In this document: one piece after another, positions 44,830-56,318 of the stretch
Layout of the letters: each line of letters starts with the position of its first letter
Position numbering within the stretch: the stretch's first letter is position 1
Notes under the pieces: model-generated
Told to the model about the DNA's origin: nothing
Seen by the model: only the letters and a program-made list of their open reading frames with translations
The model's database searches: none
Position numbers and translations under genes: made by a program
From: Ascoidea asiatica JCM 7603
Taxonomy: Eukaryota; Fungi; Ascomycota
DNA length: 64,000 nucleotides
Direction: 5' to 3'
NCBI GenBank assembly: GCA_001600695.1
Contig: BCKQ01000007.1
Location: forward strand, 466,624-530,623

Positions 44830-45913
44830 GAATTTATCAGAAATTGAAGAATATATAGAAGATGATGAAGAAAATATAAATCAATTGATTTCTTCAAAAT
44901 TAAATAATTTAGACTCAATAATTTTATTAATTTTGAAAAATTTTAAAGATAATACAACTTTTAAAAAAAATTTAAATTATAATTGGTCATTAATTCTATC
45001 AATTTTTAAATCTTATATTTTAAATACAAATAATTCAAAATCTATCCAATTTATCTTATTTTTTTTAACTCAAAATAATCCAATTTTAATTGATTCATTT
45101 CTAGTTTTTTTAATTGATTTATCTTTTTCAAATATCAATCTAAATTTAAAAATTAAATCAATTCAATATCTTTCTAGTTTTATTTCAAGAGGTTCAAAAA
45201 TAAATAAAAATCAAATTATTTTTATATTATCTTATTTAATTCAATGGTTAAATAACTATTTAATTCAAAGAGAATTTGAAATTAATGATGGTAATGGTGG
45301 TATGGATAGATTTAAACTATTTTATTCCGTATTTCAAGCAATTTTATATATATTCTGTTTTAGATTTCCAATTTTAAAAAAAGATTTAAATAATCAAGAT
45401 AATGAGATAAATTCAAGTTCAAATTCCAATTCTAGCTCAGAATGGGAATTGGATTTAGATAAATTTTTTCAAAATTTGATAATGAGTAAGTTTAATCCAT
45501 TAAAATATTGTAATGAAACTGTAGTTTCAATGTTTGCAAAAATTGCTTATAAAGAAAATATATGTTACTGCTTTTCAATAATTGAGCAAAATAAAAGAGA
45601 CTCATTAAATTCAAATTTGAATTTAGATCAAGAGAATTCAAACTCAAACTTGAACTTCAATTCAAAGTCAGTTTTAGGTTCAAATTCAAATCCAAATTCG
45701 AAGAATATCTCATTTCCAAACTCAAAATTAAATTTAACTTCTAAAAATCATAATAATAATCTAGTTTTTTATTCAAAACAAGAATTTTTGGATTTACTTT
45801 CATACTTTCCATTTGATCCTTTAATCTTGAAGAAATCTAAAAAATTTATAAAGGATTATTATATTGAATGGAATGATATCTCAAAGCATTACAGTAATCA
45901 ATATGAAGACTGA
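43712..45913 (+). CDS. RRN3: RNA polymerase I initiation factor Rrn3
   Basis: Acidic loop, KSIQFILF, YLSSFISRG, FYSVFQAILYIFCFR, NPLKYC, YFPFDP. Confidence 0.93.
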
Positions 45914-46863
45914 TTTTATTAAAAACAATTTTTTTCCAAAATAAAACAAGCATACATTTTTATTCATTAACTTATTTAAGTCATTCAAGTCATTTTACTC
46001 ATATAATTTATTTTACTCATTTTGACTCCTTTTGTCGTATTCTTTATTATTTGATTCATTCATTTCGTATTAAATTAGTTAATCATCAAAGTTACTTTAT
46101 ATTTATTCATTAAAAATAATTGATTATCTTTGTTTATGTCTGTTTGTCTGTTGTCTTAATACTTTTATAAATTACCTTAAATATCGTCAATAATAATAAT
46201 TTAAAATCTGATATACACACTTTGGTTTCAGTATTTCAGTTTAATTTAGACTCTGGAACTAAAATATGTTTTAGGCTTAGCTACAGGTAAAAAATATTGG
46301 GTAATGTTAACTGGTTAATCAATAGCAACAAACAACAATAAAATTTAAAAAATATAGTGGTGTTCTTTTAAAATTACTTATTATCTTATTTTCAATTCAT
46401 AGACTTTTATACATGATAAATAAATAATAATTACTTTTAAAACATATTTATAAATTGAATGTCTGTGATATAAATACAGGATGTGAAATGACTAAAATAA
46501 ACGATAAAACAATAAAACATGAGAAAAGCTCTTAAATGAAAACAAAGTGATAATCTGAAATATTAATCAAAAGATAAAGTTAAACAAAATAAAAAAACAT
46601 TAAACTTTAATGAAATTTATCTATGCCATAAAAGATACTAAATAATATCGAATGATAAATGATTTGAACAAAGCAAAAAAAATAAAAAAAAAGTTGTTAT
46701 AAAAGTTATGAACGTCATAAGAATTATTAAGGTTGGAAAAAAATGATAATTTGTCCTAAAAAGAAGTCAAAAAGCAAACCACTAAACTTGAATTATTCTA
46801 GGCACATTACAAGGTTTTATGCACTCATTTTCTTCTTAAATTTATATAAAAACATCATTATTA

Positions 46864-47451
46864 TTAGTTTTCATAATTACATATATTGAAAGAAGAATGG
46901 TACACAAAAAAATAGTTTTTACAATTCAATATACCTATTTTTGAACCGTCACATTTTCTTATACTTATACCAGGGAAAAGTTTATAAGAATTAGTTGTTG
47001 GATTATATGTTGTAGCATGTTTAAAGCAAAAAAATTGGCCTTCGTTTGTATTTAAAAAGCATCTTCCTGAACAGATCAATTCTTCACAATTAGGATTTCT
47101 ACATTCTCTATAATGATAAAAAAAATCTTCACAGCCTAAATGCTGAAAGTATTTTGAACATGAACAGCAATATAAGTTTTCAAAAGGGAGTAATTCACTG
47201 AATTTTTCTTTAAGTTTCGTTTTTTCATCATTTCTATTATTGTTATTGTTATTGTTATTATTATTTCTATTGTTGTTATTATTGTTATTGTTGTTGGTTT
47301 GATTTATATTATTGATATTATCATAATCAATGATTCTGTTCATCATATAATGGTAATTATCAATTGAGCTATCAATGTTATTATTATTTTGGGGTAATGC
47401 TGAGTGAAACCCTTCTTTATTAATTTGAAGATTCACTGAATTCACATACAT
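46864..47451 (-). CDS. Hypothetical small protein: Asn-rich N-terminus and Cys/His-rich putative zinc-binding domain
   Basis: CCSC...C...CRNPNC...IC..RC...FC.KH; 195-aa ORF in AT-rich DNA. Confidence 0.6.
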   Translation of the reverse strand: MYVNSVNLQINKEGFHSALPQNNNNIDSSIDNYHYMMNRIIDYDNINNINQTNNNNNNNNNRNNNNNNNNNNRNDEKTKLKEKFSELLPFENLYCCSCSKYFQHLGCEDFFYHYRECRNPNCEELICSGRCFLNTNEGQFFCFKHATTYNPTTNSYKLFPGISIRKCDGSKIGILNCKNYFFVYHSSFNICNYEN

Positions 47452-49633
47452 GACTTTAGAATTTGAGTAAGTGAATTATTTATAATGATATAATTAAATA
47501 GATTGAATTATATAGGAAAATTGTTTAGTATTTATACTAATAGATAATTGAATAAAATAATGTTATAATCAGATAATTTAACAATTAGCAGTTGTTTGAG
47601 TAGTTGAATATTTGAATATTTGAATTTGAAAAATTGAAAAATGGAAGTCAAAATAATATTATTTTAGTTATTTTCAAAAATTAAATAAATTTTGATAAAA
47701 AAACAAGTAATAACCGATAAATTTATATTAAAAAATATTTTTTTTTTTGTTTGATTTGTTTTAGGTTAATTTATGAATATGATTTTTAGTATTCATAATT
47801 CCAAAGAACTAAATCGTATTAAAAACATAAATTATAGAGAAAATTTAAGAGGTGTAGAAAAAACTAAGTAAATTTTTGATGATTTTTTGAACATTTTTGA
47901 AAAAGAGATATTTTCATTTGACTTGAAATAAAAAATAAAAAAAAAGAGTTTTTGAACTATAATTGTTTGAAATTACTTTTTATTTTTTTCTTTATATGTT
48001 TAAACTTAACGTTGTCTGATTATACTGAACTTAAGAGAAATACTTTTAATGAGCAATGATTTGAGGTTATTGAAAATGTTGGTGATTATGAAGAAGAATA
48101 AGAAGATGAAGAAGATTTAAAAAGTGTTTGAAATGAATATCACGATGATGGAAATATGTGTACTTTTAAACGAAGACTTATACATTATTTGGATTATTGA
48201 ATAGTTTGTTTGAGTACAATTATATGAGTTTTCTGCAATATTCTGTCTTGTCATAATTGAATCATATTATTATTATGCAAAGAAGATTTTTTTTTTTTGT
48301 TTGTTTGAAATAATATTTTATTTAATGTGAAATGTAAAATAATTAAGATAATTTTGTAAGTTCATAATGACATAAATTGATGGATTCATAATTTCATAAT
48401 GTCATGAATTGCTAATTTCACCATCCTTGATTTGAGCAATCGTTTTGGAAAGTTGAAAGTTTTTATTTAAGTTGTTTTTAATTATAATTCAATTAAAGGT
48501 TATTGAATATATGAAGAGAAAGTATAATTCAATATAGAATTTCAGAGATAAAATATTATTTACTTTTATTTTGGAGTTGATTATTGGTAATAATCAAATA
48601 TAAATGGTGATAAAAGAAGATGATTAAAGATGATTCAACAACATTGGAAACTTACTTTTTCATCTTTTCAATAACAGAAGTTCAAATTTAAATAAAACTT
48701 TGCTGTATTTTAGGAAAAAGAAGATGGAATAACGTTAGTTAGATAACTGTCTTAAAAGAAGAGTTTCTTCCCAAAGTTTCCAAAAATCAAGAGAAAATTC
48801 AAAAAGAAAAAAAAAAATCCCCTCAGATAAAAAGAGAAATACAAAGAAAAGAAAAGAAACGACAAAAAAAAACGACAAAAAAAAAGGGCATATGCCAATA
48901 TTATATTAATATTAGTATTAGTGGCATATACGACATAGTTCTGGAATTAGAACTCCCAGACGCAGGAACAAAGCTCTTCCTGCAGTTGGATTACAATTTT
49001 GCGGAGTGTCCCGTGAGGACCCAAACTATGCACACTACACTGCAGTACTGTACTTTATTTGTGGTGGAGTTACAACAAAAATAGTGTTACTATGGCGATT
49101 AGACCTAAAACCTCGGAGATAACGAGATTCATGTTGTTGCCAGTAACAACTGATTAACAACTAGCGAAAAATCTAAACAACTTATCAGAAACACAAAGAA
49201 AAACAGAATTTATGGTATTTGAGTGGTATTTGAAAACAGGTTGTATTCGGCGGTATCATTTTAACTAGTGAAAGGTTTATGCTTCACGTGCAAACAAAAT
49301 CGCGTCCCTGAAAAAAAAGGAAATTATATTAACGTTACATCATTTTTAGAGGATCCGAACAGTTTAGAAAGCTGGAGCAAATATATCAGACTAAAAAACA
49401 AAAATATTAAGCTATCGTTAAAAATTTCCCTAGTTTTTTTAGATTAAGATTTGAAACTTTAAACCAAGTAGACCTTACAAAAGCGGAAAGAAAATTTTAC
49501 CGAATTATTTAAATATAGGTTCCATGAGATTGGCTTTTGATTGGCTAGAGCTCAAAAAATGTCCTAAATGAATGGATTTTTCAGAGATTGAATAGAAATA
49601 TATAGGTTAATAATTAAATAAAAACAATTGAAA

Positions 49634-49705
49634 TCCGTGATAGTTTAGTGGCTAGAATTACCGCTTGTCGCGTGGTAGACCGGGGTTCAATTCCCCGTCG
49701 CGGAG
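49634..49705 (+). tRNA. tRNA-Asp(GUC)
   Basis: TCCGTGATAGTTTAGTGG...TT GTC GC...CGGGGTTCAATTCCCCGTCGCGGAG followed by an oligo-T Pol III terminator. Confidence 0.96.
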
Positions 49706-50289
49706 TTTATTTTTTTTTTTAGTTTTTTAGAATTTTAGTTTATTAGTTTCTTTCTTTTATTGTTGTTTTGAGAGATAGAAGATATCTAAGGTTTTTAAAT
49801 AGCTTCAATAAGCTCGATTTATTATCGAGTTAAAATAAAGAAAAGCAATTTTAGTTTCTAAATATAAAATGTAAAACATAAAATATTAATATACAAACTA
49901 GATAGTAATAATTGTAGTTTAGTAAATATTGAGTATTTTAAAAAAAAAAGTACAAAATACAATAATAATTGCAGCAAGAACAATAAGCTTTCAAATTCTC
50001 AAAAGTGTAATAACAAATTGAGAAATGATTTATTTCTTCTTGAATCAATCGAAAAATTCCAAACAAATAAAATTTTAATTATTAAATTCTAAACATTAAA
50101 TAGATTAAAGAATTACTTCTAGAATGTGGATATAAAGGGATGAAAAGTATTTGCTATATGGTTATAGAACTCAATATTGGCTGCTAAATTAGAATATTCG
50201 AATATATTTATATAAAGATAAACTATTCAAGTGGTTATCTATTTACTTATTATCAATCCAAGAAATGAATTCTTAACTATGTAAAATAA

Positions 50290-50860
50290 GTGCGCTACTT
50301 AAATTCTAGAATGTCGGGCTATGGTTCCGTAAATAAATTACGAGCCATGCTTCTTGGTGCCTTTCTTTCCGCAGCAAAGCTTAATTCCCTTGTATTGCCC
50401 CAACTTCACCAGAGTATACCGCTATTGCGTTGGCGAAGTTTTCATAATTGCGCCGACATTACGCCGCTATTCCTCGTTGAACAACTTCAGATATTGCGTT
50501 TCGGATTATGCGCTTCACAAAATGAGTTTCAGGAAATGCGCGGTGCGTGAATCGCCCCAGGGCTGTGGTTTTGCATTGGTGAAAATAGCAGACTGCAGCT
50601 ACCTGTGGCTGTAGATTTGGTGCTGTGCCCAGTGCTGCGTAGAATCTGCAGCTTGGCCTGGCTCTCTGTACACGATTGTCTATTTGGTCTCGAGGCCTGT
50701 CCATTTGGTTCAGTTTGTGAAAGTTGTTCAGGGTGTATTCCCATAGTTAAAGGCTGTTACTTCCACAGAGCGAGTACAAATCCGTGGACAGCCCCTCTTT
50801 GTTGGCTCTCCTTTGCCCAATTCGTAATTTGAAGAAGCGTTTTAAGCCAGACGAACTTAA
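50290..50860. ncRNA. Candidate large structured ncRNA (GC-rich island, identity unknown)
   Basis: Nested inverted repeats at 50310-17/50453-60, 50321-48, 50402-11/50431-40, 50478-87/50721-30 and 50752-93; overlapping ORFs do not look like real proteins. Confidence 0.45.
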
Positions 50861-51581
50861 GATCTCTTACAATCTTATTCAGTCTCTTGTTCCTCACTCT
50901 TTTCCCATTTCTTCATTTATCCAGTGTCTATTCAAACAATGCTTTATTTCAATTGACCATTGAATAAATAAATAAAGAATAAAGAATAAAGAATAATAAC
51001 AAATTGGAGAAATTAGAAAAAGACAGGAAGAATAATATTCTAATTGAAAAAGAAACCCATTATGATTAAATATACATTATTCCTATTAACTTATTATTTT
51101 CTCCTTTTTCAAAAAATTCGTAGTCTAGTTTTTTACAGTCTGCAATTTTGAAGTAAATTACGAGCATGAAATTTGCAAAATTTATGAAATAACCAATACT
51201 TTTACTATGAAAAAAAGAATGCTATGAAAATAATACAAAGTTATCGTGTCGCAGCTGGCATGCAAATATATTACAAAATAATTCACTCTGAACTAAATTT
51301 AACTTTTATAATAATTATTTCCCAGTATTTTGTAAAGAATACTACTGTACTAACTGATACTTGATTTGAAATAAGACCTCCTACGGATAATTAATCCATA
51401 ATATTTTATAGCAATAATTATTCTAATCTAATGAATCTTTTCAGATTTTTTGTATAAATTCATTGAATTCTTCCTTTTTTTTAAAAAAAGATTTATTTTC
51501 CTTTATTATTCTCAAATTTGAATCAAATCATTCATTACATATCATTATTTAATAAACTTATTAATACAAACAATATCAATA

Positions 51582-52751
51582 ATGTCTTTCAATAATAATT
51601 CAGATAATTGTAAGTATTACATTCAATTTCAAATTCCAATTTCAATCCCAATTTTTACTTCAATAACTAACAGTCGTTTAATAGTCGAATATGATTTAGA
51701 AATCATTCAACAACCTGAAAAGGGTAGAATGAGTGGGTTGGGTGATAAAGATAGAAGATATATATCTCCACCTCCATGTATTAAATTAAATGTTAAAGAT
51801 AAATTTTCAAAAAAAAATATTCCAATAAATCAATTTTCGAACAAATATTTTTTTATTTGTATTGTTACTTTATATGATCCTGAATCAATGAAAGATTTAA
51901 CAATTATTAATTCAATTCCTCAAAATAAAAGAAAAAGAAAAAATTTAAATAAAAATTTAAAATCTAATTTAAAAAAAAATTCAGTTTCAAGATCAAGTAT
52001 ATCTTCTTCAAATAGTATATTTAGTATAAATGATAATGATAATAATAATATTACTCCAAGAAGTAGTATTTCTTCAAATGATGATGATATTGATAACTTT
52101 AACTGTAATAATAACAATAGTAATGGCCTAAATACATTAATATATGATAATAATAATGAAGAAATGGATTCTAAAAATGGTCCAATAAGGAATCTTAATG
52201 GTGAAATTATAAAAAATGGTGTAATTTTAGAGGATATAAAAAAACAACAAGGAATTTGGTTTATTTTTCCTGAATTAACAATTAGAATCCAAGGTACTTT
52301 TAAATTAAAATTTACTTTATTTAAAATTGAAAATATTGAAAAATTTTTAAGTCAATCATTAAATAATAATCTTAATATTAATACAATTCAATCAATTTGT
52401 GAAACATATTCAAATAATTTTAAAATTTTTATACCAAAAGAATTTCCTGGAGTTTCTAAAAGTACTGAATTAAGTAAATGTTTTGCAAATCAAGGAATTA
52501 AAATTCCAATAAGAAATTCAGAAAGAAAAAATTCAATATCTTCAAAAAAAAGAAAACTAAACCCTATTAAAAGAAATCAAAAAAGTCAATTGAATCAAAT
52601 AAATAATGTAAATCATATAAGTCAAATAAATTCTATCAGCAAAATGAATGAACTCAATCATTTGAAACGTTTTGAAGGCAAAATAATTAATAATAATAGT
52701 TTTAATATTAATAATAATGATGATTGTTTAGATTTTTTAAATTTTGATTAA
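51582..52751 (+). CDS. Velvet-domain regulator (VelB/VosA-like)
   Basis: YDLEIIQQPEKGRMSGLGDKDRRYISPPPCIKL; RNLNG; GIWFIFPELTIRIQGTFKLKFTLF; SNNFKIF.PKEFPGVSKSTELSKCFANQGIKIPIR. Confidence 0.93.
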   Translation: MSFNNNSDNCKYYIQFQIPISIPIFTSITNSRLIVEYDLEIIQQPEKGRMSGLGDKDRRYISPPPCIKLNVKDKFSKKNIPINQFSNKYFFICIVTLYDPESMKDLTIINSIPQNKRKRKNLNKNLKSNLKKNSVSRSSISSSNSIFSINDNDNNNITPRSSISSNDDDIDNFNCNNNNSNGLNTLIYDNNNEEMDSKNGPIRNLNGEIIKNGVILEDIKKQQGIWFIFPELTIRIQGTFKLKFTLFKIENIEKFLSQSLNNNLNINTIQSICETYSNNFKIFIPKEFPGVSKSTELSKCFANQGIKIPIRNSERKNSISSKKRKLNPIKRNQKSQLNQINNVNHISQINSISKMNELNHLKRFEGKIINNNSFNINNNDDCLDFLNFD

Positions 52752-53498
52752 ATTTCTGTTAAATTTCCATAAAACAATAATTTTAAAGACTATTTTATTT
52801 CCAACTGTGTACAATTTAATTTTTTCTTTTTTTTTTTGTTTCATTTAATTTATGCTTTACTTACAATACTTTTAATTTCCTTTTATTTTATTTTATTCCA
52901 TTGTATATCAGTTTCTTCTATTTGCTTTCGCTTTTAATTTGGTTATTTTCTTTGGGCTACTTTTTTATCATTTTATATATATGGTTTTATAATTATTCAT
53001 TTTTTTTTCAAATATATTGAAGAATTTGAGCTTTTCTCAAAATAAATAATTTTGATTACGAATAATCGATAAGTTGTAGTAAGTTAAGTTAAGTGAAAGC
53101 AGTTTTTTCAATTTGAGTTTATGTGGGAAAAAAAGTATGAAGGAGATAAGAAAATAACAAAAATGAAGAAAGCTGGAAGAAATGTGAAAGAAAGATTTAG
53201 GAAAGGCTAAATTCCTTTACAACAACTTTACATTTCTCTTCAGAAGCAATAAGTCGATTAAATCAAACTTGGTTAGTAAGTATTCTTTTATAAAAAAAAG
53301 TTGCTTTCACAAATTACAAAGTGCACTTTTTCTGATAATGATTTAAACTGATTAGGTGTTTTAAGGCTTTACGTTAACTCCGACGATGGATTTCTAAAAA
53401 CTAAAAATTATTGAGGGTAAACACTTCAGATTCTATTCAATACTATTTAATCTGGGCCGAATACTCTGAAAAGGCAGTTGATTACCTCCCTTCATTTT

Positions 53499-53985
53499 AC
53501 GCGTTACTGGAGTCTTTCAAATACGAGGAGCCTCGAAAACAGCAAAAAAAAAAATGTGCACATTATATATGTTTTGTGTGCGTCGTGTTATTTTTGTGTG
53601 CATTTTGTTAAAGATGCGTGCGCAAATTAAACAACGCAGAACGCTGTAATACAGCAGTACACTGCGCAAAAGTTGTACATTTTAGTTTTGTACGCCAAAA
53701 TAAACAAGTGCAGCACGCGTTTCTCGGTTTTAATTCAAAAAGCGCTATTGAAAACTGTATAGCGCAAAAAGTGAGCCAACCAGTTTTTGATGAAGACGCT
53801 TAGTTAAGTACTACTGAAACTTTAAAACTTCTAAAAAATAAGCTTTTTATGCATTTAAAAGCAGATAGTCATTCAGGATCTGTGTACACAAAATCACACT
53901 CCACTTAAAGAGTAGGATCACTCGAGTGATCCGCTCCGCTGTTCCATTTTAAAAAAATGAAATACCTGTAATTGTCAAGACGCGT
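53499..53985. promoter_or_regulatory. Cluster of MSE-like (CRCAAAW x6) and MCB (ACGCGT x3) motifs plus an 18-bp palindrome
   Basis: CRCAAAW at 53572, 53592, 53621, 53665, 53763, 53887; ACGCGT at 53499, 53715, 53980; GGATCACTCGAGTGATCC at 53915-53932. Confidence 0.5.
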
Positions 53986-54561
53986 GCGGATGTTGTCTGA
54001 CGCTGAAAGTTGATGGAATTTGGGAATGTAGTTCCAGTACCAGCCTGATGGTCTCGACCACTGCTCTGGCAGCACTCTTGCTTTGTCGCTAACTTCCTAT
54101 TCCAGACACTTCATTACCCCAAAAATAGAAGCTTGCCGGGGGATGAAAATATTTATCGCTGCTGTTTCAAAAGAAAGCAAAAATCGAAAAAAAAAAACAT
54201 TTTTCAATAAGTTCTTTCTGATATTCAAATTGCCAAAAATTATCAAATGTTGTCCAAATATGAATGTTAATGTCGGGTGTAAAATGATCCAATTGAAATT
54301 AAACGTAGTCAATGTGTTTGAAACTCAAATTTGATTATTTCAATAAAATGAAACAAAAAATCGAATCAGGAAAGTAGTCACATCACATGACTCCGAGGGT
54401 GTTTTTATGTCTTTAAGTTTTCAAAGGGAAATTTGCTGTTAATCAATAAATTATTAACTATGACGATGTTTATTGAAATTTGTAACAATGCCAATCAATG
54501 TCTTAAAAATAAATTGTAATACAATTCATTGATAATAATTATTTGAGTAATTTTATATTTT

Positions 54562-56034
54562 ATGACTGTTGTTTCTGGGAAATTCTCTTCAACTATTGTT
54601 GGAGCTTTAGCTTGTCAAAAAGATTCTTATCTTAAAACATTTAAAACTATTGTTGTTGATTGTCAAGAAAGAAAAAAAATTGAAACTCCATCAAATGGTA
54701 AAAAAAATAAGTCAAAAAACAAATCAAAAAATCAATCAAAGAATCCATCAAATGAATCAGAAACTGAAATTATAAAACCTATATATGAAATTGAATTAAA
54801 AGATACTATTTTATTTCCTGAAGGTGGTGGTCAACCTTCAGATGAAGGAACTATAATAAATCTTGAAAATTGTAATGAAATACCTGTTTTTAAAATTGAA
54901 AGAGTTGGTTTAATTGCAAAACATTTAACAAATCAATTCATTAATCCAAATACAAAAGTTGAATTGAAATTAAATTGGGAAAAACGTTTTGATTTCATGC
55001 AACAACATACTGGTCAACATTTATTATCTGCAATTTTAGATAAATCAAATTTAAATACTTTAAGTTGGAAAATGGGTTTAAATAATTCAAAAAATTTCAA
55101 TGATTATAATGATGATATTTTAAATTATATTGAAATTCCAAGAAAATTATCTGAATTAGAAATTTTAAATTTAAATAATCAAATTAATAATATTATTAAT
55201 CAAAATTTACCAATTACTGTTGAAATTCCAAATAAAATTGATGTTAATACTAATAAATTACCTGATGATTATGATTCTGAAAAGGGTATTTTAAGAGTTA
55301 TTCATATTGGTGATATAGATTCAAATACATGTTGTGGAACTCATTTGAATCAAACTTCTCATTTAAACAATTTATTAGTTTTAAATCATCAAATTTCTGG
55401 TCATGGTACAAATTCAAAAATTTTCTTTATTGTTGGTAATAGAATTAATAAATTTTCTTATAATTCTTTCAATATTTTAAAAAAAAATTCAAATTTATTA
55501 TCTGTTCCAATTAATGAAATTAACTCAAAACTTGATTTTTTCTTAAATTTATATAAAAAATCAAATTCATTATCAAATAATTTAATTAAAGAAATTGCAA
55601 TAATTAAATCAAATGAAATTATTAAAAATTTAAATAATAATGAAAAAAGCTTTTTTTATGTGTATAGATCTGATCTTGGTTTAGAATTTATTTCTCTAAT
55701 TGAAAAAGAATTAAATAATTATTTTAAAAATGAATTAAAATCAAAAATTTCTTCAAGTAAAAAATTATTTATATTATTTACAGGAGATTCAATTAATAAA
55801 GAAAATGGTGGAAGTTGTATAATTTTAGGTAATTCTGAAATGGTTAAAATTATGTCAAATAATTTGAAAAAATTAGTCAAAAATTTAAAAGGTGGAGGAA
55901 AAGATAAATTTCAAGGTAAAATTACTGAATTTGAAAAAGGTGAAATCGAAAAAGTTTTAAAATATTTTGAATCAATTGAATTATCTGAAAACGGTGATCA
56001 AATAGAAAATCTTATAAAGAATATTTCAATTTAA
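54562..56034 (+). CDS. Free-standing alanyl-tRNA editing protein (AlaX/AARSD1, YNL040W-like)
   Basis: DTILFPEGGGQPSD, MQQHTGQHLLSA (HxxxH), CCGTH, GGGK. Confidence 0.92.
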   Translation: MTVVSGKFSSTIVGALACQKDSYLKTFKTIVVDCQERKKIETPSNGKKNKSKNKSKNQSKNPSNESETEIIKPIYEIELKDTILFPEGGGQPSDEGTIINLENCNEIPVFKIERVGLIAKHLTNQFINPNTKVELKLNWEKRFDFMQQHTGQHLLSAILDKSNLNTLSWKMGLNNSKNFNDYNDDILNYIEIPRKLSELEILNLNNQINNIINQNLPITVEIPNKIDVNTNKLPDDYDSEKGILRVIHIGDIDSNTCCGTHLNQTSHLNNLLVLNHQISGHGTNSKIFFIVGNRINKFSYNSFNILKKNSNLLSVPINEINSKLDFFLNLYKKSNSLSNNLIKEIAIIKSNEIIKNLNNNEKSFFYVYRSDLGLEFISLIEKELNNYFKNELKSKISSSKKLFILFTGDSINKENGGSCIILGNSEMVKIMSNNLKKLVKNLKGGGKDKFQGKITEFEKGEIEKVLKYFESIELSENGDQIENLIKNISI

Positions 56035-56318
56035 TTTAATTATTTCACCCTAAATTTTTTAGTTTAAGAAAAAAGTAATCATAATATAAATTACTTCATG
56101 CTTACATTAAAAGGGCATCAATGAAAAAATATATATTTGAATTAAACTATTTAGGAAAAAAAAATTCAACTCTACATAGTAATTTTGCATTATTTTTTTG
56201 TTTTGAGTTTTCAAAATATGAAAATATAAAAATATAAAAATATAAAAATATAAAAATGTAAAAATATAAGTGCTTTGGTTATTTGAATGTATTGAATATA
56301 GTGAGTATAACTGATAGC

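Noticed and set aside
48040-48210. Acidic coding-like fragment (GAA/GAT rich)
   Set aside because: Too short and interrupted to assign
50290-50832. Five short overlapping ORFs (71-86 aa)
   Set aside because: They arise from locally high GC; Cys/Arg-rich, mostly non-ATG starts, codon usage unlike the host genes
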